This document shows positions 49,505 through 62,100 of a stretch of DNA of 64,000 bases, in pieces. Position 1 is the stretch's first letter. Each line of letters opens with the position of its first letter. The position numbers and the translations under genes are program-made. The notes below the pieces were generated by a model that did not search any database, was not told the origin of the DNA, and was given only the letters and a program-made list of their open reading frames with translations. The stretch comes from Hypanus sabinus (Eukaryota): positions 21,018,001-21,082,000 of the forward strand of contig NC_082731.1 of the NCBI RefSeq assembly GCF_030144855.1. The letters are read 5' to 3'.

Positions 49505-51050
49505 TGAAATCGCCTTAGTCCACTAAGTACCTCAGCTGTACATAAAGTATATTTTCCCATTTCATGAGTGTAGCACAGAGAGATGTGGTACAGGACATCT
49601 ACATGTCCTAAAATCGTCCCTTCTGTATCGACAATTTAATCCTATCATCGGAAGACACTGTTCTGGTCCTTTCGATAAATTCTACAATACACGTTCGCCT
49701 GTTGCCTATGCACTCAATTTTGCCGTATATTGCGACGTGAATAATAAGCACCTTTAATCCTACATCTAGTATTTTTGCTGGAAAACTACATTTTCTGTGA
49801 TTTACGAAAATACGCACGAAGTAATATTCAGGGTAAAATTCCAATCCAGGAAATAGAGATTAAAGACGCAACCTTCCCTCATTGTCTCAAATAAATGCAG
49901 GACAATATTTATTCAGATCCCTTGTCTTCAGTAGTTGCCTCACTGATCAAGCAGAATTTGTCACCGCAGTTGCTTCCGACAGAGGCTTCTTCCTCCAGAC
50001 CAGTCAGAATAAGATAGGTTGTGTAATTCTCACCCTTATATAAGGTCACCAAATTACGAAGGTTTGACCGTCGTAGCCGTAGTGTTCATACCTCAAGTTT
50101 GCTGCACCTCGTGTAGACAAAGTTATTCAGTTAATATCTAGGTTGTCGATAGGCAATTAGTGCATGCAGTAGGGACCAGTTGGTGAAAGTGGGCATGCAG
50201 TTTTTGCATATCTCTCTCACAGAGTATTGCACCGACTGCAAAATTCGAAGCTAAAGGAAACCACATGAAGTAGCGCTTTCCGGGTAACAATATGTATTAT
50301 AGTAAACTCGATAAGATTTCAGTTTACAGAAAAGTCCAGCTTCAATTGAAACGTGAATATATGAATGTTACTAAGGTGAAATAACAGCGACTTGTTAGAT
50401 CGAAGATACAATGGCGATCGGTATATAATATATACTTCGACTCGTTACAGCAGGGCGTCGTCAAAAAGACAGAAATTATTCATTAATATCACATAATATG
50501 ATCTATCAGTTCAAGATGGTTTGGCTAGTTCGTGTTCCAACCTACTGATATGCCGGTATTAAGAAGCAAAGTGTTAACGATGAACGCTAACTCTAATGTA
50601 ACATCAAGGAACTTGCGATGTTTCCCTTTTATATCAAGATTTTTTTTCTGCTCTTTGCGGCAACTTCAACTTTAAGTAAACAGTCGTAACTTTGGAAATG
50701 ATGCAGGTTTGCTTGGTCTCTGGATTTCAGTACTGTAGTGTTCAGGACACCCTAGTACACGGCAGGATCCTGCGCTTCTGTTGTTCGCCAGCGAGAAGGA
50801 GTTGTTATTTCCAATTTGTACATACGGTGGTCTCCCGTTGAGGAGTTGTGATTCACATGTAGAGTGAGGTACTGAGACCCAGGCTTGGAGCGTGATGATT
50901 AGAGCTGAGACATACGGAAGGCTGAGCAGAAATGCATTCTAAAATCAATATTGTGGATCTAAACTTAAATGAAAATAGGAAATCTCCAAGTGCACGAAGA
51001 ATGGTCGACACAGCTGACTGATTATCTGCGCCTTTCGTTTTCATAGCAAG
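49505..51050 (-). repeat. Segmental duplication copy E: tandem partial copy of the V-downstream region
   Basis: 49505-49620 ~ 47818-47960; 49820-49900 ~ 48140-48240; 50030-50180 ~ rc 27120-26970. Confidence 0.78.
50690..51050 (-). mobile_element. Rex1/Babar-type LINE remnant (cassette E)
   Basis: LNGRPPYVQIGNNNSFSLANN resembles the Rex RT segment LTGRPQSVRIGNNISSSLTIN. Colinear with 49100-49310. Confidence 0.6.
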
Positions 51051-51092
51051 CATCCATGAAAACAGAGGGAAGTTCCAAAGAATATTGTCAGT

Positions 51093-51994
51093 TGTTACGT
51101 ATTCAGGCAACAATAAATAAATGAGTTCGGCAAGGGAGTTTATATCAAACAACACTTTTATTAAACACTGAAAACAAACCCCCCAGAAGTAAACAAACAC
51201 TAACCAAACCGGAAACAGCTGCTGTGTGGCAGCTAAAACAGTTCTTACAGCGATGCAGCTCAAACAGTTCTTAAAGTGACGCAGCTCAAACAGTTCTTAA
51301 AGCGATGTTGCAAAAACAGTTTTATAAAGTAGTATAGCCAAAAGTTCGAAATGCTCACAGTCCATTAAATGGAGAGACTTTTTAAGACGATTTAAATTCT
51401 CTTTCACTTCGTTTTGCTTCGATCCCTGGCGTCGAACTTTTCCCACGAAGAATTTACGAAACAAAACGAAACTAAACGGCTTAAAGGCACTGAACTTTCC
51501 TTTGTCACACTGTCCTCAATCTTCTGCTATCCCACAGAGATTAACACGAGAACAGTCAACGAATTCCTTCCGAATAAGGATTAAATAAGGTCGACCGTGT
51601 TTCGCCGTCGAAAATCGATTCTCCTCGATCTTTAACTCCCGAACTCCGATCTTTACTCTCCATTGATTCTCAACTAGCAATATTCTAAAGAAACTACTGG
51701 CAATGACTTTTTAAACTTCAGGCATTCGATAAAACTTCATCTTTCAACTAAACTGCGTCATCACATTAAATCACGCAGCGGAATGATGTCATCTTGGCAG
51801 ATCAAGCCACGAAATTCCTCTCCTCACAGGGTGGGGATTTCCCTTTATAACCAGTAAAAAAGAATGTCACATGATCACTACTGGCGGGAAAATGAGACCA
51901 CTCCACCATCACAAGTCCATTACCTCAAATCCAGTATAGCTTCAACCCCAGTCACGTGACAACGGTACCACTATCATGACACGAGTACGTAACA
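51093..51994 (-). repeat. 3' LTR of the Gmr1-like element
   Basis: 902 bp with 9-bp terminal inverted repeats tgttacgta/tacgtaaca. Internal ~24-bp tandem units (gcagctcaaacagttcttaaagcgat) at ~51225-51330. Confidence 0.93.
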
Positions 51995-54900
51995 CCACCC
52001 TCCAAAAAAAACATTTTTGGCCTGACAAGAACAAAAAAATTTTGACAATTCCTTACAAGAAAAACTAATGTATAAATTTTATAACACACATAATATACAA
52101 TACCATCATATACCCCCTTTTAACTCACAATAAATTAGGGGTGTTACAATTAAAAAAAACATTCCAAAAATAAATTACATTGTACATTCAACATCGAGAT
52201 AGACAATCAGCAACCACATTATCTTTACCTTTAACATGAGTTATCACAATATTGTACACTCGTAACTTCAAACTCCAATTTAATAATCTTCTGTTTTTGT
52301 TTTTCATCTTACTCTGAAAAAACTAACGGATTATGATCAGTGTAAACAATGTGGTTTTTGAGTTGGGCCAACATATACCTCAAAATATTCCAAAGCTAAA
52401 ACAAGAGATAACAATTTTTTCTCTATTGTCGAATGGTTTCTTTGACGCTTATTAAATTTCTTAGAAAAGTAAGCTACTGGATGATCAATCTCATCACCCT
52501 TATTTGTATTAATACTGCTCCTGCAGCCTCATCACTAGCATCTACTGCCAATGAAAAATGTTTTTCAAAGGCAGGTGCCTTAAGCACAGGTTGTTGACAT
52601 ATCATTGTTTTCAATTTATCAAATGCTTCTTGACAAGGCACTGTCCACACAAACTTCACATTCTTCTGCAGAAGGTTAGTTAATGGAGGGGCAACATTAG
52701 CAAAATTCATACAAAATTTCCGATAATATCCTACAATTCGCAAAATTCTTCTGAGAGTTTTTTTTCCCGTTGGGGTGGGAATCTCTAAAATTGCCCTACA
52801 TTTTGCCTGAACAGGAGCTAATTTACCTTGACCTACAACATAACCAAGGTAAGTCACAGTGGCATGTCCAAATTCACTCTTAGCTAAATTAATAATTAAG
52901 TTAGCTATTGGAGGCCTTTCAAACAATTTCTCCACCGCAATAACGTGTGCTTCCCAAGTATCATCTCCTGTCACTAAATCATCAATATAAACATCAGGAT
53001 CTTTCATTCCCTGAATCACAGAGTTAATCATCCTCTGGAAAGTACCTGGAGCATTCTTCATCCCAAATGGAAGAACGTTATATAACCCAGATGGAGTTAC
53101 AAATGCAGAAATTTCTCTACCACTGTCTGTTAATGGAACACACGAATACCCTTTCTATAAATCAATCTTTGTAAGGAGCTTTGCTTTTCCAACTTTATCT
53201 ACACGATCATCTACTCTAGGAATTGGATATGCATCCGTTTTCATTACAGTATTCACCTTCATATAGTCCGTACAAAACCTAATACTACCATCTGGTTTTG
53301 GCACCATAACACATGGTGAACACCAATTCTAGTTAGAATGTCTAATAATATTATTCTCTAACATATATTCAATTTCATTCTCAGCAGGTTCACATATTTC
53401 TATGTTCATCCAATATGGATGTTGTTTAATAGGTTTGGCATCTCCAACATCGACATCATGTGCAACTATAGTAGTCCTTCTCGGAACATCTGGAAACAAC
53501 TCCTTATAGTTAAAAATTAATTCCTTCATCTGTTATTTCTGCACTAACGTTAAATGCGCTAATTTCTCATCAATATTTTCCAGAATGGTTGAATTTGATA
53601 ACCTAACAGAAACAATGTTGGATTTAGAATGAAAGTCAGATGAAACATTTATCATGTTCCAAGTTAATCAAACTCATTTTCAATAACGACAACAGTCACA
53701 GTATCAGATTGTTTCTCAAAATATGTTTTTATTTTATTTATATGGCAAAGTTGTGTTGACCTTCTACGATCTGGAGATTTTATCACGTAATCTACACCAT
53801 TGATTTTATACACAATTCCATAATGACCATGAAATCTAGCTTGTAAAGTATTTGTCTGCACTGGGAAAAGACCCAAAACCTTATCTCCAGGCTTAAACAT
53901 CCTCATCCTAGCTTCTTTATCATACCAAGTCTTCGTTTTCTCCTGAGCCAACTTTAAATTTTCCTTGGCTAAGCTACAAGCTTTATGTAACCTGTCCTTA
54001 AATTTCAACACATAGTCCAACAAATTATTGTGTACTTCCTTACTAATCCACTGCTCATTCAATAAAGCTAAAAGTCCTCTAACTCTAACACAAGTTCAAA
54101 TGGACTAAAACCTAAAGATACCTGTACCGATTCCCTTACTGCAAATAAAATTAAGTTTATACCCTCATCCCAGTCACTTTCATTTTCCACACAATATATC
54201 CTAATCATATTCTTGAGGGTAGAATTAAACCTCTCCAAAGCACCTTGCGACTCTGGATGGTATGCAGACGAAATGATTTGCTTAGCTCCCAGTTTATAAG
54301 CGAATTGTTGAAACAATCCAGACATAAAATTACTGCCTTGATCAGTTTGTATTTACGTAGGTAATCCAAAATAGGCAAAAAATTTTATAAGAGTCTTTGT
54401 CACAGTTTTAGCTTTTATATTCCTAAGTGATACTGCCTCTGGAAACCAAGACGAAGTACACATGATAGTCAACAAATACTGATAACCAGCTTTTGTCTTC
54501 GGTAAGGGACCAACACAATTTACAACAACTTTACAAAACGGTTCACCAAATACTGGAATAGGTTGTAATGGAGCTACTGGTGTACCTTGATTTGGTTTAC
54601 CCACAATTTGACAAGTATGGCACGTTTTAAAAAACATCGCCACATCTGTTCTTAGGCCAGGCCAGTAAAAATGTTTTAATATCCTGTCCACAGATTTCCT
54701 TACCCCTTGATGTCCACCTAAAGGCACACTATGAGATAAAGTCAAAATATCATTTCGATAAACTTTAGGGAGAAATACCTGGTAAACAACATTCCAATCC
54801 TCACTTGCAGGAATTGTAGGCGATCTCCAGTTCCTCATCAACGCTCCTTTTTTCCAAGTAATATCCTACTGGCACCTTCTCAATTTCACTACCTAGTAAA

Positions 54901-56828
54901 GATTGCTCTCTTAATTTTATAATCTCAGGGTCTCTATTCTGCTCTGCTATCATCTCCTTCCGAGACAGAGATAAATCTTCAGAGTCAGACTTACCCCAAG
55001 AATCTTGTTCAAACAACGAAGGTAAGAAAGTCTCTGACACATCCTCAAAACCCGAATCCTGAGTTGAACAGTCATGAGTAACAGCCTCATTCGGCGCATC
55101 GATTTTTTTAGCCATAGCTCCAGTCACAACACAGGAAGGATCTGTGTTAGAATTCAACTCTGGTTCCTCTGACTCCATTGACAAATACACTTCAGGAAAA
55201 ACTTGTCCACCTGCGAAGTCATTACCTAACAATAAAGAAATACCCTTCACAAGTAAGCTATGCTGCAATGCTACTTTAACAAATCCTGTAACTAACCCTG
55301 ACTTTAATTTTACTTTATGTAAATGTACAGGCATAACATCACTCCCAACACCTCTTAAGTAATTTACCTCACCAGTATCAGACTCTCCATTAAAATTCAA
55401 CACACTGTCAGTGAGAAGCTCCAGTATCCCTAAGGATTTTTAGTGGCACCAGAGTAGATCCTTCTTTCAAGGATACAAAATCTTCAGTTAATAAATGATC
55501 ATATCCCTTTTTAACATGATCATATTCCTACAAAGCCTTATTTGTATTGATCAAACCCTGTAACTTTACTGGTGCTTCAGAATGGTTCACACAAGCATCT
55601 GGTACTGCATCCTTCTCTTTCTTTTTCAATCTGAAACAGTTAGCTATTACATGGCCAGGCTTCTTACAATAAATACAAATAAGACCAAACTGTCTTTCCT
55701 TCACAGGCTTTCCTTCCTCCTTACATTTCTAATTAACTTCTGATTTATTTTCTGATTTACCTTGAGTCTCCATGTTATTTTTCCTCTTAAAATGTCTACC
55801 CTGAGGAAATTTATTCTTATGGATTAAAACATACTCATCAGCTAATTTAGCATAGTCCTGCAATTTGTCAGTATCCCTCTCATTTAATTATGTCCTTACT
55901 TCAACAGGAATGCTTCTTTTAAATTCCTCCATTAGAATCAGCTCTCTCAAAGTATCATAGTCCCCATGTACATTTTTAGAAGAAACCCATCTCTAAAAAA
56001 AAACACAGTGTTATCATAAGCAAATTCCACATGAGTTTTTTTTTTCCACAGCCTTTTTTCAAACTTCAGAATGTTTCCTTATAAACTTCTGGGACTAATT
56101 TGTATGAATTGATAATATGGATTTTCACAATATCATAATCAAGTGCTTGCGCAGCAGTTAAAGCTTTGTAAACTTGTTGTGCTTTACCTTTAATTACACT
56201 CTGTAACAGCACTGACCATTTATCTCTCGGCCACTCTGACATCCGGGCAATAGTTTCAAAATGTTGAAAATATCTTTCCACTACTGTTTCACTAAATGGA
56301 GGAACCAATTTAATTTCTTGACTAGTAACAAACGGTTTTCTCGAACCAGAAGACAGGTTCCCAGACCATAATTCCTCCATTTCATATTCAAGTTCCCTTT
56401 TCTAGTGATCACTCTCCAATTTACAACGTTCCAATTCTGCTTTACTTCGTTCCAACCTCATTTGTTCGATTTGCAACTGCATCCCCAGATTACTTATTGG
56501 AAACGACCCTAAAATCGATTCATCAAAAACACCGAATCCACATAGTATGACGCGATTTTTCTCTGTATGACAGCGTTAGATGTGGTCTGCAAAATACCCT
56601 TAAGTTGCAATTTATTAGATATCTCAGATACCTCAGTTTTTTTCGCATTCGCTAACAACTCCCCGACTGTCGAAACCAGAAACTCATCAATATTCATTGT
56701 TGCCTGATACCACTCACAAGCCAATCACACAACATAATCGAGGTATTCCCAGTTCCCAAAATACCGATTCAAAAGTTAGCAAGCATCTAAACTCAAACGA
56801 TCCAATCCGGACGCAGCCCCCATATTTA

Positions 56829-57729
56829 TGTTACATATTCAGGCAACAATAAATATATGAGTTCGGCAAGGCATTTTATAACAAACAACACTTTTACTAA
56901 ACACTGAAAACAAACCCCCCAAAAGTAAACAAACACTAACGTAACCGGAAACAGCTGCTGTGCAGCAGCTTAAACTGTTCTCAAAGCGATGCTGCTCAAA
57001 CAATTCTTAAAGCGATGCAGCTCAAAAAAGTTCTTAAAGCGATGTTGCAAAAAGTGTTCTTTAAAGTAGTATTGCCAAAAGTTCGAAATGCTCACAGTCC
57101 ATTTAAGGGGGAGTCTTTTTAAGACGATTGAAATTCTGTTTCACGTCGTTTGGCTTCGATCTCTGTCGTCGAACTTTTCCCACAAAGAATTTACGAAACG
57201 AAACGAAACGGCTTAAAGGCACTGCCATTTCCTTTATCACACTGTCCTCAATCTTCTGCTATCCCACAGAGATTAACACGAGAACAGTCAACGAATTCCT
57301 TCCGAATAAGGATTAAATAAGGTCGACCCCGTTTCACCGTCGAAAATCGTTTCTCCTCGATGTTTAACTCCCGAACTCCGATCTTCACTCTCCACTGATT
57401 CTCAACTAGCAGTATTCTAACGAAACTGCTGGCAATGATCTTTTAAACTTTAGGCATTCGATAAAACTTTATCTTTCAACTAAACTGCGTCATCACGTTA
57501 AATCACGCAGTGGCATGAAGTCAACTTGGCAGATCTAGCCACAAACTGCCCCTCCTCACAGGATGGGGTCTTCCTTTTATAACCTGTGTAAAAAAAACAT
57601 GTCACATGATCTCTACTGGCGGGAAAATGACATCACTCCACCATCACAAGATCATTACCTCAGGTCCAGTAAAGCTTCAACACCAGTCACGTGACAAGCG
57701 TACCACTGTCATATCACGAGTACGTAACA
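56829..57729 (-). repeat. 5' LTR of the Gmr1-like element
   Basis: 901 bp, colinear with 51093-51994 but with many substitutions. Confidence 0.93.
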
Positions 57730-58039
57730 CAGTTAAATGGGAGAAAACGAAAGCTCCTGCCCAGGTTCCCTCTCCCATTTGCAAAAGCAGCAAAGCAACG
57801 AACCTCCTTCTCCGGTGTCTGCTGATCGCAGCGAGAGGGGAACGTAACAATCAACTCGCTGAATATGATGTTAAGTGTCAATTCCGTTGCTTTTTCCAAA
57901 CTCTGTGCCCAAAGCTCTCGGTTTTCGTTGCACGCAACCAGAGATCTTTGGTCTTTGTTCTCCTACCACACAGCGATTTCCTGCAGAAGCACCAATCTTC
58001 AATAAATTGATATATATGAGAGAATAATTAATGCTTGTT

Positions 58040-59091
58040 AATAATAAAATTATATTCATTGTCAAGCAATCTACGTATAATTGAAGAGCTCCAATGTTTA
58101 TTGAAGTTTATATTCACAACATCAGTTTTGAATTCAATTCTGATCAGCAATCAACACAACTCCACTCTAAACAACACGCTCAAAACCTGGGTTTCATTAG
58201 CTCCTATCTGTAACTAGATCAGAACTACTCACGAATTGGAAATAACATCTTATCCTCGCTGACAAGCAACAGAACCATATTCCTACCATAGCTAATTCTC
58301 TACACTTTCTACAAGCACGATTCTGTGGCTAGGCACAACGCTTACACCATCTATAAATTTGATAACGACATTAGCATTTTTTCCATAATATCAGATAGTG
58401 TAAAAGAGACGTACGGCAGATACAGATATCAGTGGTTTCGGTGTTGAAGCAGCAAGAACCTTTTCAGTAGGACCAAAAATTAATTTTCGACATTGGGAAT
58501 GGAAGCCGAGGGAACACACGTCAATCCTTATCGAGGAATCAGAATTCGAAAGCATGAGAAGTTCCGAATGTTTGTGTATGTCGACATGTCTGTGAATTTA
58601 TCCTGGCACAATTACAAAGAAGGCAGTACAGCATCTAAATGTCATTGGAGGGTTGATATGAATCGGTCTGCCACCAAACACACAAGATTATATTAAGAAA
58701 TGTGCCATGGTGACCATTATAACTGTCTGCCTCTGTGTCTGGGGCAACTGAAAAGGATCAAACAAAAGCAAAGAAACCGCAGAATGGTTTAAACTCAGCC
58801 AGCTTCATCATTGGCATAAATCTCAGCACCATCCAGGATATCTGCAAAAGGCGATGCGTTGAAAGGACGGCATACATTAATGGTGTCCCCGCATCAACTC
58901 CCATCACCGAAGGCATGCTCTCACATCCAACTTCTGAGGAACAGGTTTTTCCCCTCTGCCATCAGATTTCCGAATGGACTACGAGCAAAAAGCACTGCCT
59001 TCGTATCTGTTCCCTTACTCTTTACACTGGTTATTTAATTATCTATTATATATACACTTTTTTATTTTAAAAGTCATAGTTGTTATGCATT
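58040..59091 (+). mobile_element. Rex1/Babar-type LINE 3' remnant
   Basis: IGNNILSSLTSN and HDSVARHNAYTIYKF (RT core of Rex1-like elements), followed by a typical 3' region ending ttgttatgcatt. Confidence 0.65.
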
Positions 59092-60049
59092 TGGGCAGAG
59101 CGTGCGAGAGGAATAAATGGGACGGTAACAAACTGTTGGTGCAGTAAAAGATGCAGTCGCAGTCCTTACTCTTCTTTGACGTGGATATCCAGCAATACGT
59201 GGAGACGCCAGAGTTGATCTGAAAAGCAGAAACGATCAAGCTGCACGATACACGCTGCTTTGACCTGTTCACATACAGCCTATGAAAGTAGCTTTTCTCT
59301 GAATCACCTGGGAATTAATTAGGCGTCTTTTGGTGGATCGCCTGGTGAGACATGAAGGTGGCGCTGAGCTTCCTGTGACATCACCAGGAACAAAGAACTT
59401 ATATTCCTCCAGTTGGCAGAGATGTATGAATTTGCTGCTACTATACTACTACTATTTATTCTTCGATTTTCATTTAAGCTTTCACGCCAGCAATTTTTCT
59501 CTGTAACCGCTGATAAACTAGAGCCTCTACTGAGAACACTCTGTGAAGAAGTTGTTCAACATCAAACTGATGGATATATAAGGATCGAATGAGGGATATG
59601 GACATATATAAGGATATAAAACAGTATTTCCTGCTGGGATTAATTACTGAATTCCCACCAAATTTACATGAATTTGTGACGCACCTATTTACTAAGGAAG
59701 ATACCCAGAAACAAACAAATAAAACCAGAACAACATCTTTCTTCGTGTTACTGTTCAGCAGAGTATGCTGTTTCAATGCGCGCTTTCAGCAACCTTTGAT
59801 TAATTACTCACGTCGCTGACTTCAAAAAAGCAAGTCTCGCACTTTGAGAGCAGTGGCATGCGGGATCTTGGCCTTGGGAGTTTGATTGTGTCTCTCACCA
59901 TCTGGAAGAATAAAGGTGATTTTTAATCATCATAAAGTGTTGTGGTGTCAGAAGTAAATAGCATCCTGAGAGTGGAAAATAGAAATCAATTGTATAGAAA
60001 CAATTCCTGGATCATGTGACCATAACAAAAATCTGCCAGGAAGTAGGAA

Positions 60050-62100
60050 ACTTGGTGAACATGCTTTATTCCGATGTGTATATGAAAGCCTGAATGGGAA
60101 CTTGGAGTGGGAGAGTGTCTCTGCCCCTGACGTGAATGTCATGTGCTAGATTTCCATTACGGTGAAGGCGGGGAAAAGCAAGGACGGATCGAAAGCTAGA
60201 TTATTTGGGAGCATCTGGTCGGTTTTACTGGCATGCGTCAAGGAATACTGAGAGTCGTGCAATCGATGTATACTGAGGTAAGCACATGCTAACGAGGGCC
60301 GTTCCTTTGCCGAGTTAAAAAGTGCTGGTCCACTTTATCTAGTTTGTATGGATTTCCTGTCAACAGATCCGGACGCCAGGAACATTGCGAATAACATGTT
60401 TATTACATATCACTAAAGCATATATGCCCAATCCTTCTTTAATAAGGATTAGTGGGCGTCCAATGTAGCCAAACAGGAGTATTTCATGTGTTTTGGCCTC
60501 TCCTGCGAAAATATAGCGAGCAGGGGCAGGACTTTGACAGTTTACTGATCATGATTGAAGACGAGAAATCGGGGACTGGGTCTTTTCACCCGTAGGATGA
60601 TACCCCGCTGGACAGGTTGAATCGGACCATGTTGGACATGATCTAATTTTGGAGATCATTTAAAAGAACAAGTTGAGTTAACATACAGGATATCTGGTCT
60701 ACATCTCCAACTGTGAACAAAACAAAGCTACAGAATACCGGCCATACCGAAGGTGTGATCAAAAGTTTAGTTTCTATAAAATCATGCCTGGAGAATGTCT
60801 CCTCATAATAGAAAAAAAAAACTTGGTGCTAATCGGAAGCATATGTCGGCTGACAGCTTGACTGCATCGCCCTATGTAGTGGAGAGTCAGATGCCTATCG
60901 TACCCGTATTCAGGGTGAAATCAGAGGATGGCATGGACCGGCCAATATTCTCCATCGGAACTACCATCAACTCTGAGACAAGAGGTGCGTGTTGATGCAG
61001 GACCTGACGAGGAATCTACGCATACTCAGAATGTTCCGTAGCAACGTGGGGAGAATGAAGTACCGGCAGCAGAAAGGATTGCACAGCATCCACCGCTCCA
61101 CTTGAATGGGACACGGACTTTGTGGATGAGAAAATGGGGGTGTGTAATATGTTGCATTTGATAACGCACCCCCAACTGGAGAAGAGAGTCAGCAAACTTC
61201 TCACACCGAAGCAGTTAAAATGTGTGACTCCAAAGCGTTCAAGCAGGATTGCAGCTGCACCAAGCAGTTGGGCTGGGTTCTGAAGTAACTGGAAATGAAG
61301 CTGCGCTCGGTTAAGTGCTCAAATGTTCTGTGTTGCCCTAGGCACAAATAATCCATCGCAGGACGCGGCAATAGATAGACAAGAAGTATCCCAAAGAGCG
61401 TCTGAAACTGAAAATGTAGATTAAAGTTTAAGGATTTCTCAAACAGTCAGAAGATTCCCAGATCGGCTGACCAATATAGGTGTGGGTGAGCTATCGAGCA
61501 TCCCTGCCGCCGTGAGATATTTCACTAACATTTATTGACGGTTTAGTGGTTCTGACTGTTTTTTCAATATTCCTTTTGTAGGGTTCTCAGTAATATTAAT
61601 TGGAATGTTAATTGTTAAGGTGGACAAAATGGCTTCTTTGTAATCATAACTGCTGAATTTAGGGGCTCTCTGCCGTAGCGTGTTTGGGTTATAACTAGTT
61701 ATAATGGGACATACATTCATTTGCAAGCCAATGGAAGCCATGTTATTCTATCTGTATGTGTGGAAACCGGAGAGGGTGCGCGGGCTTTTCGTCGAGGACG
61801 AGGGAGATGTCGGATGTGAGTCGAGCACTCTGGGAGATTACCGGGAGAGATCTCAGCCAATGGTCGACATAGTTCGGAGGAGATCGATGGGGGAAAGGAT
61901 TTCGTGAACTCCAACGAAATATTTTGTGCACAGCGCTGACAAATTTACTAAGTTGCCACCTTTATTGTATTTGTTACTACTAACCCATCACCAATAAATA
62001 CCACAGTATCCACACCAACGCGAATAGTGTTGGCGGAGTCAACGCCAGTTTATCCGAGACGAACGGAAGCAAATTGGGCAAAGACGCTACACATTGAAAA
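60050..62100 (+). mobile_element. Ancient Gypsy remnant (IN and 3' region), copy in cassette D
   Basis: SPYVVESQMPIVPVFRVKSEDG matches 8118-8215. 60070-60180 matches 6780-6890. Confidence 0.7.

Larger units (their letters stand above)
51093..57729 (-). mobile_element. Complete Gmr1-like Gypsy LTR retrotransposon (gag-PR-IN-RT-RH), decayed
   Basis: LTRs 51093-51994 and 56829-57729 (TGTTAC...GTAACA) with 4-bp TSD CAGT (51089-51092, 57730-57733). PBS-like TGGGGGCTGCGTCCGGAT follows the right (5') LTR, and PPT ggagggtgg precedes the left LTR. Domains run gag/SCAN-like and CCHC (56.7-55.6 kb), PR, IN (HHCC and core, 54.9-53.7 kb), RT (53.5-52.5 kb, VYIDDLV), RNase H. Confidence 0.93.

Noticed and set aside
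57734-58000. The minus-strand peptide RCDQQTPEKEVRCF resembles a V FR2 (WYQQTPEK), suggesting a V pseudogene split by the Gmr1 element
   Set aside because: There is no C23, no W41 and no YxC. Joining across the TSD gives no FR3, and no RSS follows.
59080-59110. Germline RAG-mediated excision as the cause of V loss in D (germline joining is known in shark Ig clusters)
   Set aside because: Neither breakpoint coincides with the heptamer, and no signal or coding joint is present.
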